A program made the translations under genes and the position numbers. Shown here in pieces: positions 10,105-20,000 of a DNA stretch of 20,000 nucleotides. Numbering within the stretch: position 1 is the first letter of the stretch; each line of letters opens with the position of its first letter. The notes beneath the pieces are model-generated. The model did not search any database. It was not told the DNA's origin and was given only the letters and a program-made list of their open reading frames with translations. This stretch comes from Elsinoe ampelina. Its lineage: Eukaryota. The stretch spans positions 533,626 through 553,625 of the forward strand of contig ML992507.1 in the NCBI GenBank assembly GCA_010093995.1, given 5' to 3'.

Positions 10105-11700
10105 ATGGCAGTCCCACAGCATATAGCAATCGCTGAGACGATTCGGTCCATGAAGCTGGCACTCAAGCGCAAAGCAGACGGTCCGTTGCGACAGACAAAA
10201 CTGAACAGCACAGCGAGTAGCTGACAAACCATCGCAGAATCAGACTCGGACGAAGAGATACGGCAGCACTCGAATAGAGGGAACAAGCTCAAGAGAAAGG
10301 CGCACAACGTCAGGGAAGGAAGACTCGATACTAGTGGTGGGCAGTCCTACCGTCGGGTGAGCAGCAACCGCAACCTATATAACAGGATCGAGCACTGATG
10401 GGCGTCTTGCAGCAAATCAATCATGCCGGCTACCAGCGCTATATAATACATGAGAATCCTATCCTTTACGATCACGATGGCGATGTGGTAGATCCGGATG
10501 ATGACTACGACGAGGACAATACATCTCCCGTGGAGGACAACCCGTTTGAGGAGACGCTCCTCGAGAGTAAGCTGGACGACACAGTAATTCAATCTAGGGA
10601 GACTGAAATTCGCAGATATCCTCATGCCGCTCACTTCTCCAGCCGAGCTTGCAGACCACCCTGCTCTTTCTGCGCCCTACACAACAAGGCACATCACAGA
10701 AATGGCCGAAAATGCTCAAGAGATGCTGCACAGGGAGCGAGAGACCTTGGCTCAACTTAAAGCGCTACTGGAGACATTCCGCGGGGATGAGCGTTGGGTA
10801 CCCTTGGAAGCCACGGAGACGGCTCATGATCCCCTCCTACTCGAAGGAGACGGTGTGGACCCATTTCATGAGGACAAATCGGTCAACCACTCTTTGACGA
10901 CTCTGGACCCTTCAGCAGACGGTTCTGTAGACGGAATCTCCCCCATGGTAGGACACCACAGCAAGCTCAACGGCACAGGGAGCAACATGCTGGGGATCCA
11001 GATCCAAGCCAACACTGCAAACGGGGTGGAAGCAGTCGATATGGCGAGGGAGAAGAGTACAATAAAGACGAACGGCAACACTACAGGATCAACACAGAAG
11101 GACGCCGCCCCAACTAATGGTATACACAAGCCAGACCAAACCTCAGAAACGAATGGCGACGCCATGGACACCGACGACGTACTCAAGCAGACCAACGGCG
11201 ACGACCCCCACAACCCTGACTTCGACCCTGACACCCAACCCTCCCACGCCATGACGACCCGCGCCAAAGCCCGCACCCCGCCCCCAGACGAAGCCCCCCA
11301 CTCCATCCTATCTGACACCTCCTCGCACGCCATCTCCGCCTTCTTCCTCCCCCCCACCAGCGCCCTCCCAGACCAAACCCTCGGCCTCCCCCTGTCCGAA
11401 GCCGACGAGACCAAACGCGCCCTCCTCCTCTACGTCCAAAAACAAGAAGAAGTAATCCGCGGCATCGAACAATTGCTCTTCGGCCTTCTCAAAGCCGACC
11501 GCATGCGCAAGGAGGTGATGAAGTGGTGCAAAGCGGACGGGCACGTGGGGGAGCTGAGCGATGGGGAAGATTGGTATGACAAGGACGAGTGGGGTCTGGT
11601 GGAGGACTTGGTCAAGGGGAAAGAGGAGGAGGAGGTCGAGGATGAAGGGAAGAGGAGGGGGAGGAGGAGGGAGGGCAAGGGGAGGAATACGGGCGCTTAG
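10105..11700 (+). CDS. RXT2: Rxt2-like subunit of the Rpd3L histone deacetylase complex (4 exons, ~477 aa)
   Basis: Exons 10105-10180, 10238-10356, 10413-10566 and 10616-11700 join in frame. Motifs SNRGNKLKRKA, INHAGYQRYII, PLTSPAELADHP and KADGHVGELSDGEDWYDKDEWGL. Confidence 0.82.
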
Positions 11701-11902
11701 TCGGCGATGAAGGGGAGAGGGAAGACGTCGGTGTCGTCTGCCGGGAGGTCACAGGGACGGAAGGGGAGGAGCAAGAGCAGATGCACGGACCAGAGCATGA
11801 GCATGAGCATGACTGTGACATTGTTCACAACAGGATAAATACCCTCGTCCCTAGCCACCCCCTGACTACCCAACCCACCCCCATCCTTCCTCCAACGATG
11901 CA

Positions 11903-14570
11903 TCACGTCGTCCCCATCCTCCCGACCAACTCCTTATAAATCCTCTTCATCTCCCCCAAATCCCCCCTCAACTCCAGCACCTCCTCCTCCCTCTCCCCCA
12001 GCATCTCAAGGCAAGCCTCGTACCTCTCCCCCAACCGCCCCATCTCGTTCTTCACCTGCTCCACCTCCCTCTCCACCCCCCGCCTCCCCTCCACCTCCCG
12101 CATCAACCTCACCATCTCGTCCCTCGCCTCGTCGCGCTGGGACTGCAGCCGCGCCATCTCGTCTTTGTGCGCGGCTTTTTCGGCTTCGAGCCGGCGGATG
12201 GACGAGGACATGCGTTCTACGAGTTGGACTGAAGGACCCGTGTGCACGGTTGATGCGGAGATGACGTCGGCTGCTGTGCCGCGGGGGCTGCTGTGGCGGG
12301 AAAAGTCCTCGTCTGCGGCTTCGGTGGTGATGCTGGGGGTTGGGGGGAGGTCGGTCGGGGTGGGCAGAGGGGAGTGGGAGGTCGGGTAGGATGAGGTGCC
12401 GTTGAGTTGGGCGAGGGAGAGTTGGGAGTGTTTCCTCGAGATGGTCGTGGGGGACGGGAGATAGTCGCGGCTTAGGTCGGAGGGTAGGGCCGAGGGGCGG
12501 CGTGAGGAGTGGATGTGGTTGAGAGAGGTCGAGGAGTCGTTGGTGCGGCTGGGTTTACGGAAGGTGGTGGAGAGGATGGCGTCGGCTGCTGAGGTCTTGC
12601 GGATGGAATTAGGGGATGGTGTTCGTTTTGAGCGGCCGTGGGTGCTGATGCTGTTGGAGGCACGACGGGATCGTTCTTCTTCAATGCGGGCAGAGAGTGA
12701 GGCTTCTAGTGTCTGTCGCTGCTGCTCAAAGTCCTGCCGAGCCTCCTCGAGGCTCTTCTCCGATGTGTCTAGGCGGGATTGAAGCTTCTGCACCAGTGCT
12801 TTTTGCTCGGCTAGCTCGTTGATCAGATTGGAGCTCTTGTCAGAGTCGGTGTCCCGCTCTTCTTCGAGTCGGCGGACCTTGACTCCCAGATCTCGAGCTT
12901 TCTTCCGCACATCTCCTTCCCGCTTGACGGTTTCGTCACGCTCCTTTTCTACAGCGGTCAATCGAGCATTCAGCGATCCCTCAATGGTCCGCCAATTCTC
13001 CGCGGCGAGCGAATACTGTGTCTGTAGTGTCTCAATCTGCCGGAGCAACTTGGCTTGGCCATCGCCTGTCTGATCTGACGACGCTTCCTCAGCCCGCAGT
13101 CGGAGAGTCTCCATGCGTGCCTCCAAGTTCTGTGACTAGTCAGGAGTTGTAGTACCACTTCAATTGAAATCGACGTACGATGATCTCTGTCTGGTGCTCA
13201 AGCATTGAAGCCTGAGCACGATCCTTTTGCTGGTCAACTTCAGCCTTGAGTCTCTGGATCTCAGACTTCGTTCGATCCTCGACTAGCTTCTTCTCGATCT
13301 TTGCGTTGGACAACTCCTCCTCCAGGTCTCCTATTCGTCGTGTATCAGCAACTAGTGATGCTGCCTGAGACCCTGACTTCAGCCTTTCTAGCTTCTTTTC
13401 GGTGTCTTCAAGTCGCCTTTTTAGAGCTGTAATGGCATTCTCCTTGGACGTAAGGTCGTACTTGAGAGAAGTGATCTGAGATTCAAGCTGTGAGGATTTC
13501 GCCGCCTTTGCTGCACTCTCCTTCTCCGACTGCTCTAGTCGGGCCATTCGACCTTTCAGTACAGATTCAGCTTGTCTCAATCTGGATACCTCCTTCTTGA
13601 GCTCCGCAGAAACCTTGGTCTCAACCGACATTTGTGCGGTCAGCTTTCGAAGATTGGTGAGCTGCCGCATCTCAGTCTTGCTCAGCTTCTGGCCCTCCTC
13701 CATCAATAGGGCAATTTTCTCGTCCTTCTCGGCAAGCTTCTTCTCGAGACTGCCCTTGTCCGCTTGCGCGTTGGCCTCCTTGGCCGCAGCCACAGTCTCT
13801 TTTGCCAGATATTGCAGCTTGGATTGTAAAGCATCGATGCGCTCCAACACAGTCTCCATATCTTCTTGCTTTTGCTTGTCCAATTCTTCCTGGTCTGCGC
13901 GCATCTGGACAAGTTCCGCCTCAAGCTCAGCAGTCGACTTCCTAGGCAAATCCAACTCCATACTGCTTTTAGACATGTCAAGCGCGAACGTCTCGTCTGC
14001 GAGATTGCTTGTGGCGGATGTGCTATCTTCGGAATGCCGAGCAGGGTTGATTGGTAGAGTGGAAGAGAGGAGAGTCTGCGGGACATCGTTAGGTGCGGTC
14101 GTTGCTTCAGTGTCTGCGTTTGATGCGACATCCTGCCTGAGCTCCGTCTCATCTGCACCAGAAACGACAGGCCTCGTTACTTCAATGGAAGGCCGAGAGT
14201 CGAGACTTGTCCGAGGACTCTCCAGATCCAGGCTCGAGCCAGCCTGCAGTCGCGGACTTGAGACCTCAGAGCCTGCTTGTGAAGCTGACTTGGACGCCAG
14301 GGCTTTTGCCAGCCGTTCTTGTAATCTATCATTTGGCTTGCTTCGTGAAGGACTTCGGGAGACACCTCGCGCCTGAACGTGAAGTGATGTATCCTGCTTC
14401 GTCTGTGCCGACGCTGCCTTCTCTTCCGCTTCTGCTTGTCTGCTTTTCGCTGAGGCTTCACTATCATCCGTCAAGATCGTATCGAGTCGCGACTCCAAGC
14501 CAGCTACTGCGCCTGAGAGTAAAGATCCCCATCGTGAGCCTTGCTTGGCCTTTTGCTGATTCGAGGTCAT
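11903..14570 (-). CDS. SGM1: Sgm1/TMF1-family coiled-coil golgin (2 exons, ~872 aa)
   Basis: Exon 1 14570-13179, intron 13178-13130, exon 2 13129-11903. N-terminal WGSLLSGAVAGLESRLDTIL, then KDEKIALLMEEGQKLSKTE, and C-terminal GPSVQLVERMSSSIRRLEAE...LEMLGEREEEVLELRGDL. Confidence 0.85.
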
Positions 14571-15236
14571 TTCGGTGTGGCCGTATACATGCTGAGCAGC
14601 CTGGTTGAGCTGTAGCTAGTGGCTTCACAGCAGTCGCATCGCGGGAAAAGAAATTGCATCCATTGCAAGTGGACAGATTTCGCAAAATACCATGGCCCTG
14701 GACAAGACAAGGGCTCAAGGGCTCAAGGGCTCCAGCTCACGCACGACAGATGTGTACGCGGCCGGCTCCACTTTCCCGTCTAGCCGGCCGCCGATTTGAC
14801 ACTTCGGCTAAACATCCCTGTAAGTGATCTTACCTCATTTCCGATTGCACCTTATATGAGGCACTTGGCGTCTGATATCTCACATCTACACAAGTGCTCT
14901 CTCTATCCAGATTGCCAACGAGTGGGCATGCTCTTGTCGTCTAAATACTTGCTTCAGATACCTCAAGAGCCCATGGCTGTTTGACCACGTCAGAGCAACG
15001 TCTCACCTGTCTCGGCAGGAAGCGACCCGTGCAGTGACCACTACGAAGTACACCTTTCAACGATTTGCTAGGCAAGTCTCCAATATCAAACGGTATAGTC
15101 ATCTTGTCGTACGTCACAGAGACGATCTCCTGTGGTTGTTTTCTCGCGGGGAACGATACAAATAATTGCTGCCCTTCCTCATCGAATTGCTCCTGCAATT
15201 TTAGTGAGCTGCTCTGCCAATTCCTGCTTCGCCACC

Positions 15237-16185
15237 ATGGTCCTCGCTGTAAGTAGCTGCTGGGACATTGGACGATGATTCACTAATATCTCCAGGCCGT
15301 AGGTCAGATCTGCTCGACTGCAAACATAAGCCACAACCTGGGTCAATGCAGAACAATCATTCAGAAAGCAGTGACGGCGGGAGCCAAGGTGAGCTTCCAT
15401 ACGTCTGTGTCCCTCGCAAAGCATCTGACATGTCCATCCTACAGGTGCTCTTCCTACCCGAAGCATCTGACTATATCGGGTCGTCTCCGTCCGAGTCATT
15501 GTCCCTCTGCAAGCCTGTAACATCATCTCCCTTTGTGCTTGGTCTGCAAGAAGAAGCCAGTCGCCACCGCCTTCCAATCAACGTCGGTATCCATGAACCA
15601 GGCAACGACCCCAGAAAGCTCCGCAACACCCTCGTCCACATCTCAGAAGAAGGAAAGATCACCCAACGGTACCAGAAACTGCACTTGTTCGACATGAACA
15701 AGAGCGACGGCCCAAAGATGAAAGAAAGCGACTCCGCCGAACGAGGATCCAGCATCGTCCCTCCCTTCGACTCACCCGTCGGCAAAATCGGTATGGCCAT
15801 CTGCTTCGATCTCAGATTCCCAGAGATGGGCCTGGCTCTGAAACGACAAAAGGCCGACATCATCTTGTACCCCGCCGCATTCGCTCTCGACACAGGCAAA
15901 CTCCACTGGCACGCCCTGTTGAAAGCGCGAGCCATCGAGACACAATGCTACGTCATCGCTGCTGCACAGAACGGAGCTCACAACGAGAAGCGAAGCAGCT
16001 ACGGCCACAGTATCGTCATCAGTCCTTGGGGTGAGGTTGTGAAGGAACTATCTGGCTGTGAAGGCAAGGAGCGGGAAGCTGGAGAACCGGAGATCATGGT
16101 CGTTGACATTGACCATGATTACCTTTCAAGAATACGCACCGAGGTGCCTCTGATGAGAAGGACAGATGTGTACGCTGAAGTGTAG
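15237..16185 (+). CDS. NIT2: Nitrilase-superfamily amidase, yeast Nit2/mammalian Nit1 type (deaminated glutathione amidase; 3 exons, ~281 aa)
   Basis: Exons 15237-15248, 15296-15388 and 15445-16185, starting MVLAAVGQICST. Catalytic E-K-C triad in FLPEASDY, YQKLHLFD and ICFDLRFPE; also ARAIETQCYV and HNEKRSSYGHS. Confidence 0.88.
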
Positions 16186-17029
16186 AAGCCGCGTGGCATA
16201 AATGCATGGGGGTGGACCTTGTTTTCGTCGGCGCAGAGTTCTTACCCGGAAGCATGAGTAGAGCAAGCCATTGATATTTGCAATGCATTTTCATTACCTC
16301 CAATCGCTTCCATCGCAGCTTCGGTCGATATCATTAAGGGAGGGCTCAGTCGTATCACTCGAACTCATTCTGTACTAGATTTTGACTGTACGTGTGTCCG
16401 AACGTAAGCAGAGCTGAGGCACATGTTCGCCGTCGAGTCGTACCAAGGTCGAGAGCGGAGGGTCTCATCGTCTGGTAGTATTCATCAGGTGTCGCACTCG
16501 GTCTCACTGCTTTATGTTTGCCGCTTTCTGGCACAAGGGAGACCAAAGCGGAGGCTGCAGGTGGGAGTCCGGTGATACAAAAAACATTCTGCATGATTGG
16601 CTCGATCAACACACATCCGGGGTGCTCGGATAATCTGGCCTGCCACGGTGTTCGCTCGAGCTAACATCAGAGACACATGGTAGTGCAGCTCGATAGTTCC
16701 GAGGGGAATCCGACGGCAAGGTGGAAGGCATGAGCTTGACGGATCCTATGTACGTGTGATCTACTCATCGCTCGTTTCCCTTCCTAATCATGCTCATAAG
16801 CTTGGAAATCACAGGGGCGGTTCGAGTGCCCCTGTATATCGTCCCACACCAGGTACAAACGTGCACCCGCCGATGACCTTCCAGCCCTATACACGGCGTT
16901 TTGAGCGTCTCTCGAATCTTCTTGTCCGCCACGCCATGTGGCATTGCCCGTCCATTCTCATAGACCTGTCTGTCGTGGCCAATCTGCATGCGCTGAGACA
17001 TGTTTGTCCGGTGCGAGGAAGCGACGGTC

Positions 17030-19402
17030 TCAGTTCCACAGACGTATCGTGCCATCCGCTCCAGCACTGACCAGCCAAGGCTGGCTCGGATGCCAGTCCA
17101 GATCCAGCACACCCAGCTCGCTTGTAACCTTGTGTCCCTTGAGCACCTTGAGCGGCACAATCGTCGCATTCTCCAAGCTGTCGTTTACCACCTTTCCGTG
17201 GAAGACCTGTATGCTGCCGTCATCACTTGCATCGGCGAACAATGGATATTGTCCTGAGCTGGGATGGTACTTCACACTTCTGATCGCCTTCTCATGGTAT
17301 CGTAAGGTCTTGTAGGGAGTCGCTCCCAGGTCGAGATCATGCCATAGTAATCGACGATCGTATGATCCCACGAGTAGATTGTCACCACCTGCATGAACAT
17401 CGATCGAGCTGATCCACCGAGCACCAGGCTTGAGCTCCTTCTCGAGCTTCTGCTCTTGCAGGTCGTACACCCGGATGGATTGACGGGTTGCGACGAAAAA
17501 GAGTGGGCGGGTCGGATGGAACGAGCATGTCTGTGCCAGTCCACGGAGTCTCCGGAAGGGATGTTGAGTAAGGTGCTTCGATAGCGTGTGGATACTGACT
17601 GCCTGCGAAGCGCCGGCAGGTGACACAGTGCTGAAGTAGTCGCCCCGCCTGTGCCAATTGATCACCTTGACGGCCGATCTGACTGTACACGAAAGAAGGA
17701 TACCCCGCTCGACGAGTTTCGGCAGAGGACGAGCCCAGACTGCTGGCTTCGGCTTGGTTGTGTCTTGGACTGTGGTGCTTTGTGTGGTGGCGTACCCGAA
17801 CCCTGCATCCAGCGCATCTCGGCTTGCCTCTTCTACCTCGGGAGCACAGAGTGGTGCAGGTACGGCAAAGAAGACTGTCTCGCCCACTGCAGCCGACAGG
17901 ATAAGGGTATCACGACTGGGACGCCATCGGACTGTATTGACTGTCTCTTCGGTCGAAAGTCGCGCGCTCCACAGCTGTCGTCCTGTGAGCAGTTCCCAAA
18001 CACGGATAGTGCCATCATCACCGCCACTTGCAAGGAACAAGCCAGATGGGTCAATGCATACGCTTCGTACCCGACCTTCATGACCGCGATAAAGAGTGGC
18101 ACAGACGGTTGGGAAAGGTCGAAGTTCGTCTGGTGACGGCAATTTCGGCAGCAACGATTCCGGATCAATGTTGAGCTTGGAACGCCGTACTCGTGGAGCC
18201 AGATAGAGATCCAAACATCGCTCGAACTTTTCCTTGATGAATCTTGCGTATCCCGGGACCTTCCGGAGTGCTGTGTGATCTGTAGGAAGATACTCCTTGT
18301 CGCGGTCCTCTTCATCTGCGTCTTCCCAAGCCTTCCTCTCTTGCTGGTCCGGAAGATACTCAGGCGGAGGGTGATATGATTCTTCGTAGCCGGGAGGGGG
18401 GAGCTTTGGAGCGGGTATGTTCATGATGTGATCTGGTCGTGGTTGCTCATCAGCCCAGATGTCATAGGTCTTGTAATCCGCCTCTTTCTCCTCGTCTCTC
18501 TCTTCAGGTTCCTTGTAAGGCTTAATCCGCCCCTCCCTAATTGCTCTGACCATCTTCATAACCCGTTTTTGCTCGTGCTTGCTCGGAATGAATCTTCGCT
18601 TGGGCTCAGGCGCCGCGCTCAGCGGCATAATTTCTTCGTGACTTGTGAACCATTCCACCATGTCGGGGTAGGGGTCGTAACCTTCACCGGGTGCCTCATT
18701 CCTGGTCAAGCGTTTCAAGAGATCCAGCTCTTCAGTACTGAGCGCCAGAGGCTTCCCAGTAGCTGGGTCTGTCAGTCCCGTCCATCCTTCAGGTATGTCG
18801 ATGCTGTCTAACAATGCGTCCAGCGCTTCGCCCTTGGCAGGTCTCTGGATCTTCTTCCCGTTGATGTCATAGCCGATGTGCGGATATGCGTCGTAGAAGG
18901 ACAGAGGTATATTGCCAATCGTGTTTGTAGTCTGAGGCGCATCTGAGTCGTCGGAATCGTATTCAGGCTCGATCTCTGGATACAGGTATCGAATGTTGCC
19001 ATTGGCGTCCACAGTCTCTTCCAGCTCGATGTCTTTCTCCTCGTCATTATCGCCATTCCGGGAATCTGCCGAGTCTGCTGTACTCCTCTTGCGACTTATG
19101 CCATTTGATTGAGTGGTGCTTTTCTCTTTCCCCTCCCGTATGTGTTGTCGGACACCGTCATCTTCCTCATCCTCGTCCCCCGATGGCACGTCGTCGCTTT
19201 CTGAATTTTCTCCATCGCTCCCTGAGTCTTCCTCGCCGCTGCTCACGAGCTCATCTGACTCGCCCAAGCTCAATTCTACTTCGCTATCGTTCTCGCTGTC
19301 GGAAAGAATGTCGTTCAAATGTCCATTCGTCAGATCATCCTTCTCAACAACTGACTCACGTCCTCCAGCCTTTCTTTTCCTGCTTCCTGTGGACGGCACC
19401 AT
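17030..19402 (-). CDS. ERB1: Ribosome biogenesis protein Erb1/Bop1 (~790 aa, intronless)
   Basis: BOP1NT motifs [39 protein letters not shown] and [12 protein letters not shown], plus C-terminal WD40 repeats. I chose the ATG at 19402 ([11 protein letters not shown]); an in-frame upstream ATG exists at 19504. Confidence 0.96.
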   Translation of the reverse strand: MVPSTGSRKRKAGGRESVVEKDDLTNGHLNDILSDSENDSEVELSLGESDELVSSGEEDSGSDGENSESDDVPSGDEDEEDDGVRQHIREGKEKSTTQSNGISRKRSTADSADSRNGDNDEEKDIELEETVDANGNIRYLYPEIEPEYDSDDSDAPQTTNTIGNIPLSFYDAYPHIGYDINGKKIQRPAKGEALDALLDSIDIPEGWTGLTDPATGKPLALSTEELDLLKRLTRNEAPGEGYDPYPDMVEWFTSHEEIMPLSAAPEPKRRFIPSKHEQKRVMKMVRAIREGRIKPYKEPEERDEEKEADYKTYDIWADEQPRPDHIMNIPAPKLPPPGYEESYHPPPEYLPDQQERKAWEDADEEDRDKEYLPTDHTALRKVPGYARFIKEKFERCLDLYLAPRVRRSKLNIDPESLLPKLPSPDELRPFPTVCATLYRGHEGRVRSVCIDPSGLFLASGGDDGTIRVWELLTGRQLWSARLSTEETVNTVRWRPSRDTLILSAAVGETVFFAVPAPLCAPEVEEASRDALDAGFGYATTQSTTVQDTTKPKPAVWARPLPKLVERGILLSCTVRSAVKVINWHRRGDYFSTVSPAGASQAVSIHTLSKHLTQHPFRRLRGLAQTCSFHPTRPLFFVATRQSIRVYDLQEQKLEKELKPGARWISSIDVHAGGDNLLVGSYDRRLLWHDLDLGATPYKTLRYHEKAIRSVKYHPSSGQYPLFADASDDGSIQVFHGKVVNDSLENATIVPLKVLKGHKVTSELGVLDLDWHPSQPWLVSAGADGTIRLWN

Positions 19403-19559
19403 GGTTGTTCGGACCGTGCTTGACTTGCAAGGTTTATGCAAATAATTATTCGCGGTCGAAAATCCATTCCCCAAAATTTCGATCGGCTCACGGGGTGTCT
19501 TCATCCCGATCGGCGTAATATTCGAGCTTGGACATGGTTCATGGCATGTGCCGAAGGCG

Positions 19560-19817
19560 TGTTGACTTGTGTGGGGAGGGAAAAAGATTGATTACTGCCT
19601 GAACCACCAAAATGAGGTAGATTGTAACTACATAAATACTTAACCTGGTATACTAAAAGATAGCTAAATTAAAAGAACTCCTTAATAGCAATAGATTAAG
19701 ACAATAATTATCTAATTTAATTATAGATTAGTAAAATAGTAAGATAGTGTTTAGTTTAGCCTTAGGATAAACTAAATTAGGGTCTTCTTAGCGCTCTAGC
19801 TTATACCTCGGTTAACA
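19560..19817 (-). repeat. LTR (~258 bp), 3' LTR of the right copia copy
   Basis: Termini TGTTGAC...TTAACA (TG..CA). Direct repeat of 946-1204. Confidence 0.92.
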
Positions 19818-19826
19818 CACCCCTTT
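19818..19826 (-). other. Polypurine tract
   Basis: Minus strand AAAGGGGTG immediately precedes the TG of the 3' LTR. Confidence 0.7.
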
Positions 19827-20000
19827 ACTAAGTAGCTATAACTCTATAATAGCTAGTTAGTAGACTACTAACTCGAGGGATAGCTATTATAAGAAGGTCT
19901 TATATCTCCTAGGTAGCAATAATTTAGTAAATCTATTAGCTAGTATATCTACTAATAGTGTCTATATAACTAAGATAGGACTAGATAGATCTCTAGCTTA

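Larger units (their letters stand above)
19560..20000 (-). mobile_element. RIP-degraded Ty1/copia retrotransposon, 3' part (RNase H end, PPT, 3' LTR); continues right of the window
   Basis: Minus strand reads ILVI*TLLVDILANRFTKLLLPRRYKTFL**LSLE. Reverting RIP-type changes gives ...WTP..DMPADGFTK.LP...H..FLQQL, the copia RNase H ADxxTK motif. Confidence 0.88.

Noticed and set aside
11793..11812. (GAGCAT)x3 repeat
   Set aside because: Short microsatellite in a 3' intergenic region with no sign of function.
13597..14376. 259-aa antisense ORF within SGM1
   Set aside because: Ser/Leu-rich mirror of a coiled-coil coding strand.
14708..14731. (CAAGGGCT)x3 tandem repeat in the SGM1-NIT2 divergent region
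   Set aside because: Consistent with simple slippage. There are no spacers, so it is not CRISPR-like, and I saw no copies elsewhere.
14820..14910. Intron-like segment or possible box C/D snoRNA upstream of NIT2
   Set aside because: The box C match is poor and no rRNA guide was recognisable. At most it is a UTR intron that I cannot support.
19403..19504. 34-aa N-terminal extension of ERB1 from the ATG at 19504
   Set aside because: The sequence looks like promoter/5' UTR and starts only ~55 bp from the LTR. The ATG at 19402 has a good context (ACAACCATGG) and gives a typical basic-then-acidic N-terminus.
946..19817. A single giant LTR element or composite transposon carrying the nine genes as cargo
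   Set aside because: The PBS (935-945) and PPT (19818-19826) lie outside the block, retroelement coding remnants continue outward on both sides, and the genes retain their introns.

Overview
Filamentous ascomycete (Pezizomycotina) genomic DNA with short, mostly ~50-nt GT-AG introns. An 18.4-kb gene block (1205-19559) lies between two RIP-mutated copies of the same Ty1/copia LTR retrotransposon, both on the minus strand. The left copy shows its 5' LTR, PBS and gag; the right copy shows its RNase H end, PPT and 3' LTR. The block holds an aromatic catabolism cluster: phacA-type CYP504 phenylacetate 2-hydroxylase, fahA, and a divergently transcribed hmgA, whose promoters share a GCGG-N7/8-CCGC palindrome. 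Next comes an 88-aa three-exon gene missed by the ORF track, with an internal repeat and a C-terminal SKL. The rest are housekeeping genes: Trs65-like, Rxt2-like, Sgm1/TMF golgin, Nit2-type amidase and ERB1. All gene models and family calls were made by eye; no database search was run.
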